A DNA stretch of 64,000 bases from Eledone cirrhosa (taxonomy: Eukaryota), in the NCBI GenBank assembly GCA_964016885.1, contig OZ024743.1, positions 202,182,001-202,246,000 of the forward strand, in the 5' to 3' direction. The notes under the pieces are model-generated. The model was not told where the DNA came from, did not search any database, and was given only the letters and a program-made list of their open reading frames with translations. Shown here piece by piece: positions 28,768 to 42,540 of this stretch. The position numbers were made by a program, and so were the translations under genes. How positions within the stretch are numbered: position 1 is the first letter of the stretch; every line of letters starts with the position of its first letter.

Positions 28768-28861
28768 ACCCCGACAGCTGAGCTCAAGCCGTTTCGACGG
28801 CTAATTCTGGACTAAATGAAAATTTATCCTGGTATTTAAATAGCCGATCTTCTCAAGGGCT
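28768..28861 (-). ncRNA. Type I hammerhead, family A, U3-A8 variant (inverted arm)
   Basis: Reverse complement of 32227-32320 with one stem I mismatch. Confidence 0.7.
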
Positions 28862-29226
28862 TATTCCATATATGGTCAAAGTGATTGTCAAAAATCAGTA
28901 GTAATTCTGTGGTTGCAAATTAGTAGGGGAGATGGTGGCTAAACCTGCCAGTAGGAGAAAGAGGGGAGGGGGTGGAGTAGACCCAATCAAGCGTTGGTAG
29001 TGCCAGCTACAGCTGGGCATGAGGTCAAAGAAGATACAGGGGAGGGGGAGGGGGAGGAAGTCGGAACGGTAGGTAGAACAATGGGGGGTAGAAATAGGAA
29101 AGAAAAAATACTGAGAGTGAAGAAAAGCAAATAAGTGTAAAGAAAAAAGTAAAGTAAATTAAATTCTACGACCTAGGTGTCAGGCTATTGTTAGGCGAGA
29201 ATAAAATAAAGAAAGAAAGAAAGAAG

Positions 29227-29257
<31 letters not shown>

Positions 29258-29868
29258 GGAAATAAGTAAGAGAACTAGGTGGGACGGATAAGGCAAGGAC
29301 CCTTTTAAGAGGTATAAGTACGTAAATGATACGGTGACGGGTCAACAAAAGGGGCCAAAATACTAAAGAGACTACCACGAAATAAACAATAAAGGTTTCC
29401 ATCACGGGCCAGCAACGACCCAGTGTAGCAAAGTGAACTTGTACGAGATAATAATTCTGAGTCCCGAGAAAAATATATACTAATGCTAACTCTAAAAGAT
29501 CTAAAACAAGCTACATGAAAGTTCGTACGAAATAAAGGTAGAATACGGAGAAATAAATTCAGAATCCACCCCGCCCAGAAGAAAAGCGAAGCAAGAAATA
29601 CTGAAACGAAAAAATAAGGCATGTGCCACTAAGAAATATAGAGGGCACAGAGAATAGTGGGAGCGGTCGGAAAACGGGGGAAAAATATCCGGGGTCTAAG
29701 CCAACTGCTATAAAGGCCGGAGTCCGCCAAATCTATCAAAGACTAGGGGAGGGGGGGGTGGGGGTACTAAGGCTACATGGGGCCAAAGGGCAGCCTCGGG
29801 TGGGCGAGAAAAGACGCCGACAAAGGAGAAGAGCTGGGGTAGAAGGACAAAGGAGAGAGGGGGGAAGC

Positions 29869-31102
29869 TCCCGACTCACCCTTCGACGTCAGCATGGGCG
29901 CCACGGATTCGGCGGAGGTCACTGATCTTATAGGATTATTCCTAATAGCCAAACTCACTGATATGTTTCCTGCATTCGGTGGTGGATTGTACCGTGATGA
30001 TGGGCTCCTTACCCTTAAAGGGTACAACCCCAGTAGTACAGATCGGGTCCGGAAACAATTAATCAGATTCTTCCGCGACTGGGGATTTAAAATAACCCTA
30101 CAAACGTCCCTGACCCGAGTAAACTTCCTGGACGTAACCCTCGACCTCGAAAACGACCTGTACTACCCATACAGGAAACCTAATGACAATCTGCACTACA
30201 TCCACCGCCGATCAAACCATCCTAGGAACATCACAAACAACCTGGTCAAAAACATCTCCCTCCGCATATCCCGTTTGTCAGCTAATGAGCGGATATTCGA
30301 TGAACATGCGCCTTATTACAACCAGGCCCTCAAGCGGAGTGGTTTCCGGGAGGAAATATCCTACTGTCCAGCTCCCATTAGCGGAACCAGCAGGAGACAC
30401 CGCCGCTCACGCAATGTAACATGGTTCAATCCTCCCCACAACGCAGAGGTGACTACTCCCATCGGGAAACTATTCTTTAGGCTCATTGAAAAACACTTCC
30501 CATTACAACACCGCTACCACAACATAATTAACAAAAATACCATCAAACTCTCTTACAGCACTACACCAAACTTCGCACAAAACATCGTCTCCTCTAACAA
30601 CAAAAAACTCAACCCCGATGGCAGAAATAACCTAATTAGCAGTGGAGAACCGGCCAGGAGGTGTAACTGCCCGGATAGATCTATTTGCCCACTCGACAAT
30701 AGATGCAGAGACCGTAATGTGATCTACCAGTGCAACGTGAGGACGGATACCTCCAACAAAGCCTATATAGGACTTACAGCATGTGACTTCAAGACCCGGC
30801 TATACCAACATAGACATACCTTCCGAAACCCGGCCCGGCGTCACGCCACTACACTTTCGGGCCACATATGGGACCTCAAGGACAACAACATCACCTATGA
30901 TCTCACTTGGAGATTGCTGTCCAGAGCCAATTCTTACACGGGAGGACGCCGTCCGTGCAATTTATGCTCGGAGGAAACTTTACAAATGCTGTTTTCGACC
31001 GACCAACTCCTAAACAAGAAAGATGAACTGGTTACTGCATGTAAACATAGATTGCGTAGGACTTACCTCGCCCTCAAACCCCATAATGACCCGGGGGGGT
31101 AG
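29869..31102 (+). CDS. Penelope-like RT (C-terminal half) plus GIY-YIG endonuclease; open frame, 5'-truncated
   Basis: FDVSMGATDSAE (motif B'), GLYRDDGL, VNFLDVTL, YRKP, SNHP, WFNPP, CNC...CPL...C linker, VIYQ...YIGLT, RLYQH, CNLC..E, LLNK. The ATG at 29894 is internal. Cys pattern and YRDD suggest the Nematis clade (from recall, needs a tree). Confidence 0.92.
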
Positions 31103-32226
31103 ACTAGGGCTATAACACCCCAGTTGCCGATTTTGCAATGGGTAACCCCTGCTTGCCAAGGAAGACGTAAGATCTTCTTTGTATTCTTTTATCGCTTCCT
31201 TTATTTCCTTCCCCCCTCTCTCCTTTGTCCTTCGACCCCAGCTCTTCTCCTTTGTCGGCGTCTTTTCTCGCCCACCCGAGGCTGCCCTTTGGCCCCATGT
31301 AGCCTTAGTACCCCCACCCACCCTCCCCTAGTCTTTGATAGATTTGGCGGACTCCGCCCTTTATAGCAGTTGGCTTAGACCCCGGATATTTTCCCCCTTT
31401 TTCCGACCGCTCCCACTATTCTCTGTGCCCTCTATATTTCTTAGTGGCACATGCCTTATTTTTTCGTTTCAGTATTTCTTGCTTCGCTTTTCTTCTGGGC
31501 GGGGTGGATTCTGAATTTATTTCTCCGTATTCTACCTTTATTTCGTACGAACTTTCATGTAGCTTGTTTTAGATCTTTTAGAGTTAGCATTAGTATATAT
31601 TTTTCTCGGGACTCAGAATTATTATCTCGTACAAGTTCACTTTGCTGCACTGGGTCGTTGCTGGCCCGGGATGGAAACCTTTATTGTTTATTTCGTGGTA
31701 GTCTCTTTAGTATTTTGGCCCCTTTTGTTGACCCGTCACCGTATCATTTACGTACTTATACCTCTTAAAAGGGTCCTTGCCTTATCCGTCCCACCTAGTT
31801 CTCTTACTTATTTCCTTATTTATTTATTTATTTATTTATTTACTTCTTTCTTTCTTTCTTTATTTTATTCTCGCCTAACAATAGCCTGACACCTAGGTCG
31901 TAGAATTTAATTTACTTTACTTTTTTCTTTACACTCATTTGTTTTTCTTTACACTTATTTGCTTTTCTTCACTCTCAGTATTTTTTCTTTCCTATTTCTA
32001 CCCCCCATTGTTCTACCTACCGTTCCGACTTTCTCCCCTCCCCCTCCCCTGTATCTTCTTTGACCTCATGCCCAGCTGTAGCTGGCACTACCAACGCTTG
32101 ATTGGGTCTACTCCACCCCCTCCCCTCTTTCTCCTACTGGCAGGTTTAGCCACCATCTCCCCTACTAATTTGCAACCACAGAATTACTACTGATTTTTGA
32201 CAATCACTTTGACCATATATGGAATT

Positions 32227-32320
32227 ACCCCTTGAGAAGATCGGCTATTTAAATACCAGGATAAATTTTCATTTAGTCCAGAATTAGCCGTCGAAACGGC
32301 TTGAGCTCAGCTGTCGGGGT
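32227..32320 (+). ncRNA. Type I hammerhead ribozyme, family A, U3-A8 core variant
   Basis: ACCCC-TTGAGAA-GATCGGCTA...TAGCCGTC-GAAA-CGGC-TTGAGCTCA-GCTG-TC-GGGGT; GUC triplet, predicted cleavage after 32315; palindrome TGAGCTCA in loop III. Confidence 0.78.
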
Positions 32321-32411
32321 CTTACTGGTTCCTATTACCCACACTACTACCTCAAGTATTGAGTACTTTGGTGCGTTATGGTCCACCTGGTTCCTTACCA
32401 CATTTCCTTCG

Positions 32412-32454
<43 letters not shown>

Positions 32455-32548
32455 TTTATACATATGCATGTGTATGTGTGTGTGTGTGTGTGTATATATA
32501 TGTGTATATATGTGTGTGCGTGTATATATATGTATGTGTATATGTATG

Positions 32549-32605
<57 letters not shown>

Positions 32606-32608
<3 letters not shown>

Positions 32609-33055
32609 TATATTTAAAATTGTTGGGTTACAACTAGTAAATATTTATAACTGATATAAAAGCACTCGACAAATATTTGGAGTATATTTACAATATTAAA
32701 TAAATGGAAACTATATTTATAAAACCATATTTATTTCATTATATATATTTCAGGGATATCATATTAATAATATCCTATGCCTTCCTCAGACAAAATACAA
32801 TATAAACAGTTTTATAGTTAAATAGATTCGACATACCGTAACAACATCGACTTGCATTTGAAGAGGTTGATTTGCCAAATCAACCTCTTCAAATGCAAGT
32901 CGATGTTGTTACGGTATGTCGAATCTATTTATCTATAAAACTGTTTATATTGTATTTTGTCTGAGGAAGGCATAGCATATTATTAATATGATATCCCTGA
33001 AATATATATAATGAAATAAATATGGTTTTATAAATATAGTTTCCATTTATTTAAT

Positions 33056-33060
<5 letters not shown>
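32606..33060 (-). mobile_element. Fold-back PLE remnant, family H (about 370-bp palindrome plus tail)
   Basis: 32690-32873 is the inverse of 32878-33060; tail 32606-32689; related sequence at 60663-60800. Confidence 0.8.
32953..33018 (+). ncRNA. Type I hammerhead, family H (mirror copy 32732-32797 minus)
   Basis: TATTTTGT-CTGAGGA-AGG...CCT-GAAA-TATATA-TA-ATGAAATA; stem I has two G.U pairs. Confidence 0.72.
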
Positions 33061-33118
<58 letters not shown>

Positions 33119-33233
33119 GTGTGTGTGTATGTGTATATATGTGTGTGTGTATGTGTGTGTATATGTGTATATATAATATGTATATGTGTGTGTATATATG
33201 TATATATATATATGTATATATATGTGTATATAT

Positions 33234-33265
<32 letters not shown>

Positions 33266-33424
33266 GTATATACATACGTGTATATATGTGTATATATATG
33301 TTTATATATTTGTATGTGTACATGTATGTTTGTATGTGTGTTTGTATGTGTATATATATATATGTATATATGTGTGTGTGTATGTATGTATATGTGTGTA
33401 TATTTTTATATATATGTATATATT

Positions 33425-33483
<59 letters not shown>

Positions 33484-33546
33484 GTGTATATATATGTGTA
33501 TATATATGTATATATATGGGTGTGTGTATGTATGTGTGTATATATG

Positions 33547-33591
<45 letters not shown>

Positions 33592-33592
<1 letters not shown>

Positions 33593-33670
33593 ACGAAGGA
33601 AATGTGGTAAGGAACCAGGTGGACCATAACGCACCAAAGTACTCAATACTTGAGGTAGTAGAGTGGGTAA
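33592..33670 (-). mobile_element. Solo 3' tail of PLE family A
   Basis: Inverse of 32335-32413 only, in (TA)n. Confidence 0.85.
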
Positions 33671-33687
33671 ATATATATATATATGTA

Positions 33688-33736
<49 letters not shown>

Positions 33737-34074
33737 GTATGTATGGTGCTTTTTCCTTATACATGTGTATATGTGTGTATGTGTGTGTGTATATATATAT
33801 ATATATATGTGTGTATGTATGTGTGTGTGTGTTTGTATGTGTATATATTTGTTTATGTGTATATATATATATATATATATGTATGTGTATGTGTATATAT
33901 GTATATATGTATATTGTTATATATATGAATGTATATATATATATATGTATATGTGTATATATATGTATGTGTGTGTTTGTGTGTATGTGTGTGTATATGT
34001 ATATATGTGTGTGTATGGTTTTTTATTTTTTATTTTTTTATATATATATATATATGTATATGTGTGTGTATGTA

Positions 34075-34111
<37 letters not shown>

Positions 34112-34152
34112 ATATGTATGTGTGTATATATATGTGTATGTATGTATGTGTG

Positions 34153-34214
<62 letters not shown>

Positions 34215-34410
34215 CGTATATGTGTCTGTGTATATGTATGTATATATGTCTATATGTATTTTTATGTATATGTATACACATGTATATTTGTGTTTGTATG
34301 TATGTGTGTGAGTGTATTTATATGTGTATATATGTATGTGTGTGTGTGTATGTATGTGTATGTGTGTGTGTATGTGTATATATATATGTGTGTGTATATA
34401 TATATATATA

Positions 34411-34473
<63 letters not shown>

Positions 34474-35038
34474 ATGAATATATTTTTATATATGTGTGTG
34501 TGTTTTTATGTGTGTATATGTGTTTGTGTGTGTGTTTATGGTTGCGCGTAAGTGTGTGAGTGAGTATGATTTTTTGTTTTTTTGTGAATGTGTCTGTTGA
34601 TTTTTGGCATATAGTTGATTTGTTTAAGAGAAGTTCGAAGATAATAGTAAGATATGCACTCAGTATTTTGAATCTGTCTGCAGAATTCTCTAGACCTTTG
34701 TCACTTAGTAGAACCTTAATGATTTTAGCTTTTAAAGAATCTCCCTTTTCTTTAATTCTATCGACCATGACTGACCCCCCACTGATTTTATAGACATCTG
34801 TTAGCTTAAGAGAAACTTAGTGACAAGGAATGGTATGCCATCCGGAACCTGTTTATAGAATTCTGTCTGCCCTTGTTACTCTAAAAACATAAATAAATAA
34901 AAATAAACTATAGCTTTGTAGAATTAGCTTTTAATGAATTCCCTTTTCTATCAACCAATGACCTGCACCCATCCCACTCCCCACCCTCTCCTACCACTTG
35001 TAGAGACCTATAAATACCATTTTTATTTTTTGATACCC

Positions 35039-35089
35039 AGATTCCTGATGATTTCTAATGAATGAAACAGTTCTAGTCCTGTAGAATCT
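35039..35089 (+). ncRNA. Type I hammerhead ribozyme, family B
   Basis: AGATTC-CTGATGA-TTTC-TAAT-GAAT-GAAA-CAG-TTCTAGTC-CTG-TA-GAATCT; predicted cleavage after 35083. Confidence 0.85.
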
Positions 35090-35171
35090 CATCTATATTA
35101 AAACTTTTATACTCTGCTATGTATTGAGTACCTTACTTACTGTGGTTACCTCCGATTCAACCCGGAATAAC

Positions 35172-35209
<38 letters not shown>

Positions 35210-35211
<2 letters not shown>

Positions 35212-38092
35212 CAAAGGAATTGTGGTAAGGAACCAAATGGACCATAACGCACCAGAGTACTCAAAACTTAGGGTAGTAGAGTGGGAAATAGGAAAACGTA
35301 TGACCCTGACGGCAGAGCTCAAGCTGTTTCGACGGCTTTTTCTGGACTAAATTAGAATTTTTAGCCTGGTGAATAAATAGCCGAACTTGTTAAGGGGGTA
35401 CTTCCTTATATGGGAAATTGTAGTTGTCAAGAGGATTGGTTAAAATTTGTTGTAAACACAAATACGTCTATCATGGCATTTGGTGGGAGGTAGGGGTGGC
35501 TGAACTTGCCTGTAGAACAATAGGGGAGTGAGTGGGCGATCAAGCGATGAAAGTGATATGTATACATCAGATTCTAAGGATAGTGTATGAAGTGGGGGAG
35601 GGAGGTTATAGAATAGGTAAATCGGAAGAGAGTAGGAGACAATAAAAGATACCAGAAAGAAATAAAAAAAAATATATATATATAAAATTAGATAGTGAGA
35701 AATGAATATAGAAATCACAATGCTATCTTACAATTACAGGTTAATAAGTTGAGAATAGAAAAAACTTATAGAAATTACAAAACAGATACAAACTTAAAGG
35801 GATTTTTAACACATATGCTATAAGTAGTTAGTAAAACGTATTCGGCCAATTCTATCTTAAAATAACAGGGTGGGGGAACTGATGCTACAAGGCCCGATGG
35901 GCTGCATCAGGGTAGGCGAAGGGGGAAAGCGGACGAGGAAGAAAATAAGGGGTGGAAGGAGGTGATAGGATGAGACAGGGGGAAGGAGACAAAGACGAAA
36001 AGAAAAGAGATACATTTACCTATGAAAGGTGGGGTTTCCCCTAACTTATTCAACAAGTGTGTGTGTGGGGGGGGGGGGGGTATCAGCCCTTGTCTACTTA
36101 CCCGGCTCGTTATAGGGTTTGAGGGCGAGGTAAGTCCTACGCAATCTGTGTTTGCATGCGGTTACCAGTTCATCTTACTTGTTTGGGAGTTGGTCCTTCG
36201 AAAACAGCATTTGTAATGTTTCCTCATTTTATCACTGACCAGGAAAGAAATATCATTCTCCACGCCAGGATGACAGTCCTACTTTTCGACAACTCCAAGT
36301 GGATAAAGAGAGCTCCCGACCCCCCTTCAACGTCAGTATGGGCGCGACAGATTCGGCCGAGGTCACAGACCTTATAGAATTATTCCTACTATTTAAACTC
36401 ACCGAAATGTTTCCTGCATTCGGCGGTGGATTGTATCGGGATGATGGGCTCCTCACCCTCAAAGGGTACAACCCCAGTAGTACAGACCGGGTCCGTAAAT
36501 AACAACTAATCAACTTCTTCTGGGACTGGGGATTTAAAATCACCCTACAAACGTCCCTAACCCGAGTCAATTTCCTGGACGTTACCCTTAATCTCGAAAA
36601 TGATCTGTACTACCCATACAGGAAACCAAACGACAACCTGCGTTACATCCACCGCCGCTCTAACCATCCTAGGATCATCACCAATAACCTGGTTAAAAAC
36701 ATCTCCCTCCGCATATCTCGTTTGTCCGCTAATGAGCAGATATTTATTCGACGAACACGCGCCTCATTACAACCAGACCCTCAAGTAGAGTGGCTTCCGG
36801 GAGGAAATATTCTTTTATCCAGCTTCCCTTAGCGGAACCAGCAGGCGACACCGCCGTTCACGCAACGTAACGTGGTTCAATCCTCCCCACAATGCCGAGG
36901 TGGCAACACCTATCGGGAAAATCTTCTTTAGACACCTCGAAAAACACTTCCCACTACAACACCGCTACCACAACATAATCAACAAAAACACCATCAAACT
37001 CTCCTACAGCACCACAACTAACTTCGTACAAAACATCGTCTCCTCAAACATTTTCTCCTATGGAGGAAATAACCTAGACATCAGTTGAGAGCCGTCCAGG
37101 AGGTGTAACTGCCTTGATAGATCCACGTACTCCCTCAAAAACAAATGCCGAGAACGTAACGTGATCTACCAGTGCAATGTGAGGATGGACACTTCCAACA
37201 AAGCTTATATAGGATTAACCGCGTGTGACTTCAAGACCCGGCTCTACCAACACCGACACACTCTCCGAAACCCGGTTCGGCTACTGCCACTACACTTTCG
37301 GCCACCTCTGGGACCTCCAAGATGACAATATAACCTACAATCTCACTTGGAGCTTACTGTCCAAAGCTAACTCTTACACGGGAGGACGCCGTCCGTGTAA
37401 CCTATGCTCGGAGGAAACATTACAAATGTTGTTTTCGAAGGACCAACTCCTAAACAAGAAAGATGAACTGGTAACCGCAAGCAAACACAGATGGCGTAGG
37501 ACTTACCTCGCCCTCAAACCCTATAACGACCCAGGTGTGTAGACAAAGGCTGATATAACCCCCCCCCCCCCCTCCCCGCCCCCCCCACACACACATACAC
37601 AGACTTGCCGAATAAGTTAGGGGAAACCCCAGCTTACATAGGTAAATGTATCTCTTTTCTTTTCAATCTTTGTCTCCTTCTTCCCCTGTCTCATCCTATC
37701 ATTTCCTTCCACCCCCTGTTTTCTTCCTCGTCCACTTTCCCCCTTCGCCTACCCCGATGCAGTCCATCGGGCCTTGTATCATCAGTTCCCCCACCCCTGT
37801 TATTTTAAGATAGAATTGCCCGAATACCTTTTACTAACTACTTATAGCAGATGTGTTAAAAAAACCCTTTAAGTGTGTATCTGTTTTGTAATTTCTATAC
37901 CTCCCACCAAATGCCATGATAGACTTATTTATGATTACAACAAATTTTAACCAATCCCCTTGACAACTACAATCTTCCCATATAAGGAAGTACCCCATTG
38001 AAAAGTTCGGCTATTTATTCACCAGGCTAAAAATTCTAATTTAGTCCAGAAATAGCCGTCGAAACAGCTCTGCCGTCGGGGTCATACTTTTT

Positions 38093-38097
<5 letters not shown>
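35210..38097. mobile_element. Second fold-back PLE family A element
   Basis: Tailed arm 35210-36227 on minus (includes ORF end), joined to plus-strand truncated ORF 36228-37542 and untailed repeat to 38097; degenerate hammerheads at 35303-35399 and 37992-38082 (TTGAAAA core). Confidence 0.9.
36228..37542 (+). pseudogene. Penelope-like RT/GIY-YIG, disrupted
   Basis: Closely similar to 29869-31102; stops at about 36500 and 36786, plus frameshifts. Confidence 0.9.
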
Positions 38098-38145
<48 letters not shown>

Positions 38146-38193
38146 AAAGAGTGAAGAATAACATGGTCAACAGTACAAAAAGGGTTTTATTTA

Positions 38194-38305
38194 CAGTCTA
38201 ACAACTGTTTCATTGATTAAGTTGTCTAAAAATTGCGGACCACTTAAATCTGTGCCACTCAATTTTAAATACGTTATTAGCTTAACCAGATCATCAGGGA
38301 AACTG
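38194..38305 (-). ncRNA. Type I hammerhead-like motif, family I
   Basis: Minus strand CAGTTT(CC)-CTGATGA-TCTGGTTAAG...CTTAATCAAT-GAAA-CAGTTG-TT-AGACTG; stem I needs a 2-nt bulge. Confidence 0.6.
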
Positions 38306-38373
38306 GACTACATATACGGATATTTTGTTATCCCTTATATATACGTATATATATATATATAATATATATATAT

Positions 38374-39033
38374 AAAATTGCAAGTCTGAAGAACTATTAG
38401 ATAAAATATATACATTATTTCCTCTCCTAGTACGTATAAATCAACCACATAAAAAAACATTTAAACGAGGCTATAAGTTTAAAATTTAATTATCAAGAAA
38501 TATCGGCTGCGCTCTCTAGCAAACAGCCTACTCGCCGATAGGCAGCAATCACAAATATTCTGCCTTGACCGCTAGCCACGTGATAGTTCTTAGCTATTTT
38601 GAATTCATTTCTGGCGGGATCATGGTAGAAAAAAACTTAGTCCAATCTGAGGTATCTCCATCCAAACCTCGTGGATGGATCCAAGTTTGGGTATATCCAA
38701 AACGTGGAACGAAACCGCCGGTGGTCGGGACTAGAGGAATTTTGGTAAAGTTAATGTGCATTTTTTCTTCAAACTACTATTTTGTACCTAACTCCGTGTA
38801 GTTAATTATTTGTCGAGTCAATTTCTACAGGCTAAAAGAAATAATTAGATAAATGTCATATGGCTGTACATCGCGGAAGATAGTCTGTATCATTTATCTA
38901 TTATGTCTTCATAATTACATTTTAAACTTATAGCCAGGCTTAAATTATTTTTTATGTGGTTGATTTATACAGACTAAGAGAGGAAATACTGTATATATAT
39001 ATGTATATAATAGTTCTTCAGACTTGCAATTTT
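38374..39033. mobile_element. MITE-like element with about 125-bp imperfect terminal inverted repeats
   Basis: 38374-38498 is the inverse of 38906-39033; both ends abut (TA)n; no ORF. Confidence 0.65.
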
Positions 39034-39158
39034 ATATATAGCTCTGATTAATGATTATTTGCTTAATTAATTCTTAATTGAACTGTGAAAGGTTGCCAAA
39101 CTCATATATGTATCTGTGACTATGTCTAATTATATATATATATACCCCTTTGAATTTA

Positions 39159-39189
<31 letters not shown>

Positions 39190-39190
<1 letters not shown>

Positions 39191-39518
39191 CCAGGGAGTG
39201 TAAGGTTAAGTTACTGTAGGTCCACCCAGGTGAGCCCTCGATGTTTAGATTCACGTCTATAGCGATGTGTAGAGCGAAACAGAGTATAAATATAATAATA
39301 CAAGGACGATTTGGTATGGCTTCATTAAGTTTATTGATTGGTGACGTGCGTATCGCTATTGATCCGTTGAAGGCCATTATAACCCAGAGGTCCGACGAGC
39401 TTCTGATACTAGAGTCGGGCCAAATCGTTACATATTGAAACTGGAGCTGATCAATAGCGAAACGTGCGTGACAAATACATAAACGTAATGAAGGCATAAC
39501 AAATCATCCTTGTATTAT
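39190..39518 (-). mobile_element. Old fold-back PLE remnant, family K
   Basis: 39295-39364 is the inverse of 39448-39518; GAAACGTGCGTG half-hammerhead; bulged tail hairpin 39237-39284. Confidence 0.55.
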
Positions 39519-39695
39519 ATATATATAAATGTATGCAAACTAAATTACTAAGCTGATTCTTTCTTGGATGCAGCATTATTTAGCACAATTAACCCAGTTT
39601 TCTAAACACATACTCACACTGCTCTCTCTCTCACACACACACACACACACTCTCTCTCTCTCTCTCTATCTCCATTTCTCCTCCCTCTCTCTCTT

Positions 39696-39813
<118 letters not shown>

Positions 39814-42109
39814 ACGCACCCTCATACGTATATGTGTATATATATACAGATAGATAGATAGAGAGAGAGAGAGAGACTAGAGGGTGGGTCAATACGTGCA
39901 TCAATATACATATGATGGCAAATTGAACGCGACATATGGAGGAGTTATGTTAAGAATGACGAAACTTATCTAATTAACAGACTTTTTAAAAGTCGGCCAG
40001 ATTAATCATTAGAACTTGACGAAAAGCTATCGATTATCATTTTTAATTAAGTGTGTAATATGAAGCTGTTACATTTTCAAAGCTCATGAGTAATTCTGAA
40101 CAAATAGGCAACGAGAGAATCTCTATGCCTCAACAAGACCTACGGGAATCAGTAACAAATGTTCTCTCAAATAATATCATTCCGTCTTAAATAGCTCATT
40201 GGTCATATGTCTGTTCATTCAGAAATGATTTGCAACTAAATAACGCCATCAACAACAGCAACAATATCGATAACAACAACAACCACAATTAAAACAAACA
40301 AATAAGAACACTTCGACTAAATTAGCCCCTAGTGTGCTAAATTAGAAGAATACTGACTGCAAGTTGTAGATACACCATTCGTTAATATAGATTAACGTTA
40401 GGTTACTCATCACTCTAACAATTGCAGTGCGATTAGAAAGCTAGAAAAAGATATCTTGTTGCATAATAGATTTTGCAATACCACTTGCTTTACTAATTGT
40501 AGCAACAGCTCTTGGCTCTAGTGGAATTATTACACGCATCATTTCTCATTAATTACGTCTCTATAAGAATATTTCGTTGATACAATTATCCTGTGTAGAG
40601 GTATCATTGCTTCCAAATCTACATTTCCTCTATATTGAGGCTCCTCTAAACTAACTCTAATCCTCTAACCACAAATTTGTTCAATCACTTACACAAGGCT
40701 GCCACTTGTCTTACGTTTTCCCTTTGCTCCACACCAGTAAGAAAATATAACTTTCTTTTTATTTCAAATAAAACATTCTAAAAGTTTCATAAGAATTATC
40801 AAACAATAGATTCGCAGAAATACTTGCTTATTGCTTTGACGTTCACCTTTACAAAGAAGATAAAAACTAGTGAGGAATCGATTTCACATAATCTCTTCTT
40901 ACTAAGCACTAGTCGAATTTGCTTTGAGCCATATCTTCTATGACGTAGGCTACTATGTTATTTACCAGGGATCGAATGTTCTTCAGACGTTCTGGGAAAA
41001 CTATGTATCTTTCAAAGTGTTCGTGTGCTCCTGTGGTGAATTAGAAATTATATATTAGCTAGAGAAAGGAAACACAATTCCAGTGGCAAATGTAAATAAT
41101 TCTCAAACAGAAGTAGAGATAATTTCAAAAAGTTACGATAAGTTTCCAAGACAAATATAGAATATTTATTCAAATTAACTGTTGGATCTGTATTAGCTGG
41201 TAAGATAACATCTGCAGTATGTTCTGAGCTTATTAAAGCTCGAGAACAAAATCTTCTTCAGAATGTTCCATAAATATATATACATATTTCTAAAATATAA
41301 GATAATTACGAACATTTTTATTCAGGATAATTTGCAAAATTTACAAACGGTCACGTAGGTAAATAATTAATGTGGACCAAATACATGAATCTAGATAGTC
41401 CAGGTAGGAGGTGATGTTCTTATTGATGTACATTAAATTTGCCGCTCATCCTTTCGTGTTCGATAAAGTACTTACCAGCCCGTGGATGGCAGAATCCTCC
41501 CTCTTTCTAACTGGCATATATTTGTTATTCTGTTGAATATATAAAGAGATAGCTGAGAGGGTGCCTTTTTCTGCTTGCAACTTCATGGACACCTAATTCC
41601 CTTAGAGAATACACGGCAGCATCGTACGAGGTACAAGGTTCAAGTGTACCTCACTGCACACTATTTGTATAAAGGTACTGCTACTTCATACAACAGTTAG
41701 AGCACATTTAAGATGTTTTTAGATGATTGGCTGATAATCACTCCGCTACACACTGCCTCCACTATCACACAGACGTGATGAGGTTTCCTTATTTCACTAT
41801 TCGGAATATACTATAACAGATTCTACAGAACTAGCTTGTTGTCGTATCTCTCTAGCCAATACAGACATAAATGTTACTGTCATTTGTCATTTGTATCTCA
41901 GACCCCATATTATGTGCCACATATGTATATATCTCCCACCTTTCGACCCTACGAGCATAACAGTTTTGAACTGACGTCGAGAGAAATTTGAAAGATGAGT
42001 TCTCCCAATCATTCTATAAGGACGAAGTTCACGATGGCGATGGTGATGGTTAGGATGATGATGATGATTATAATAATAATTATAATGATAATAGTAATAA
42101 TGATGATAA

Positions 42110-42540
42110 TAATTGTTTTTACTTTTGGCACAAGGCCAGCAATTACCAAGTGCAGTACTGGTACTTTATTTTATCGACCCCGTAAGGATGAAAGGCAAAG
42201 TTAACCTAGGCGGGATTTGAACTCAGAATGGCAAGGGACGTAACTCTATGGGTCAAAGCATGGTGTCTGACCCTCTACCGATACTGCCAATCCACCACAA
42301 CAATGATAATAATAATTGTTTCTACTTTTGGCACAAGGCCAGCAAATACCCAGTGCATTACTGGTACTTTATTTTATCGACCTCGTAAGGATGAAAGGCA
42401 AAGTTAACCCCTCAGCAGGATGATTATAATAATTGTTTCTACTTTTGGCACCAGGCCAGCAAATTACCCAGTACATTACTGGTACCTTTTTATCGACCCC
42501 TAAGGATGAAAGGCAAAGTTAACCTCGGCGGGATTTGAAC
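42110..42540 (-). mobile_element. One full and two truncated tandem copies of a tRNA-derived SINE
   Basis: 42110-42297, 42311-42408 and 42429-42540 match 45179-45368 in reverse; (ATT)n/(ATC)n tails. Confidence 0.85.

Larger units (their letters stand above)
28753..32413 (+). mobile_element. 5'-truncated Penelope-like element, family A, with about 1.1-kb inverted terminal repeat
   Basis: 28753-29867 is a near-identical inverse of 31208-32335; RT/GIY-YIG ORF between; tail 32336-32413; inserted in (TA)n. Confidence 0.93.

Noticed and set aside
29305-31889. Duplicated hydrophobic ORFs MPYFFVSVF... and METFIVYF...
   Set aside because: Produced by the T-rich inverted terminal repeat; not conserved in other family A copies.
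34412-34768. Antisense ORF MVDRIKEKGDSLKAKII...
   Set aside because: Short, runs into microsatellite, no recognisable motif and no second copy to test conservation.
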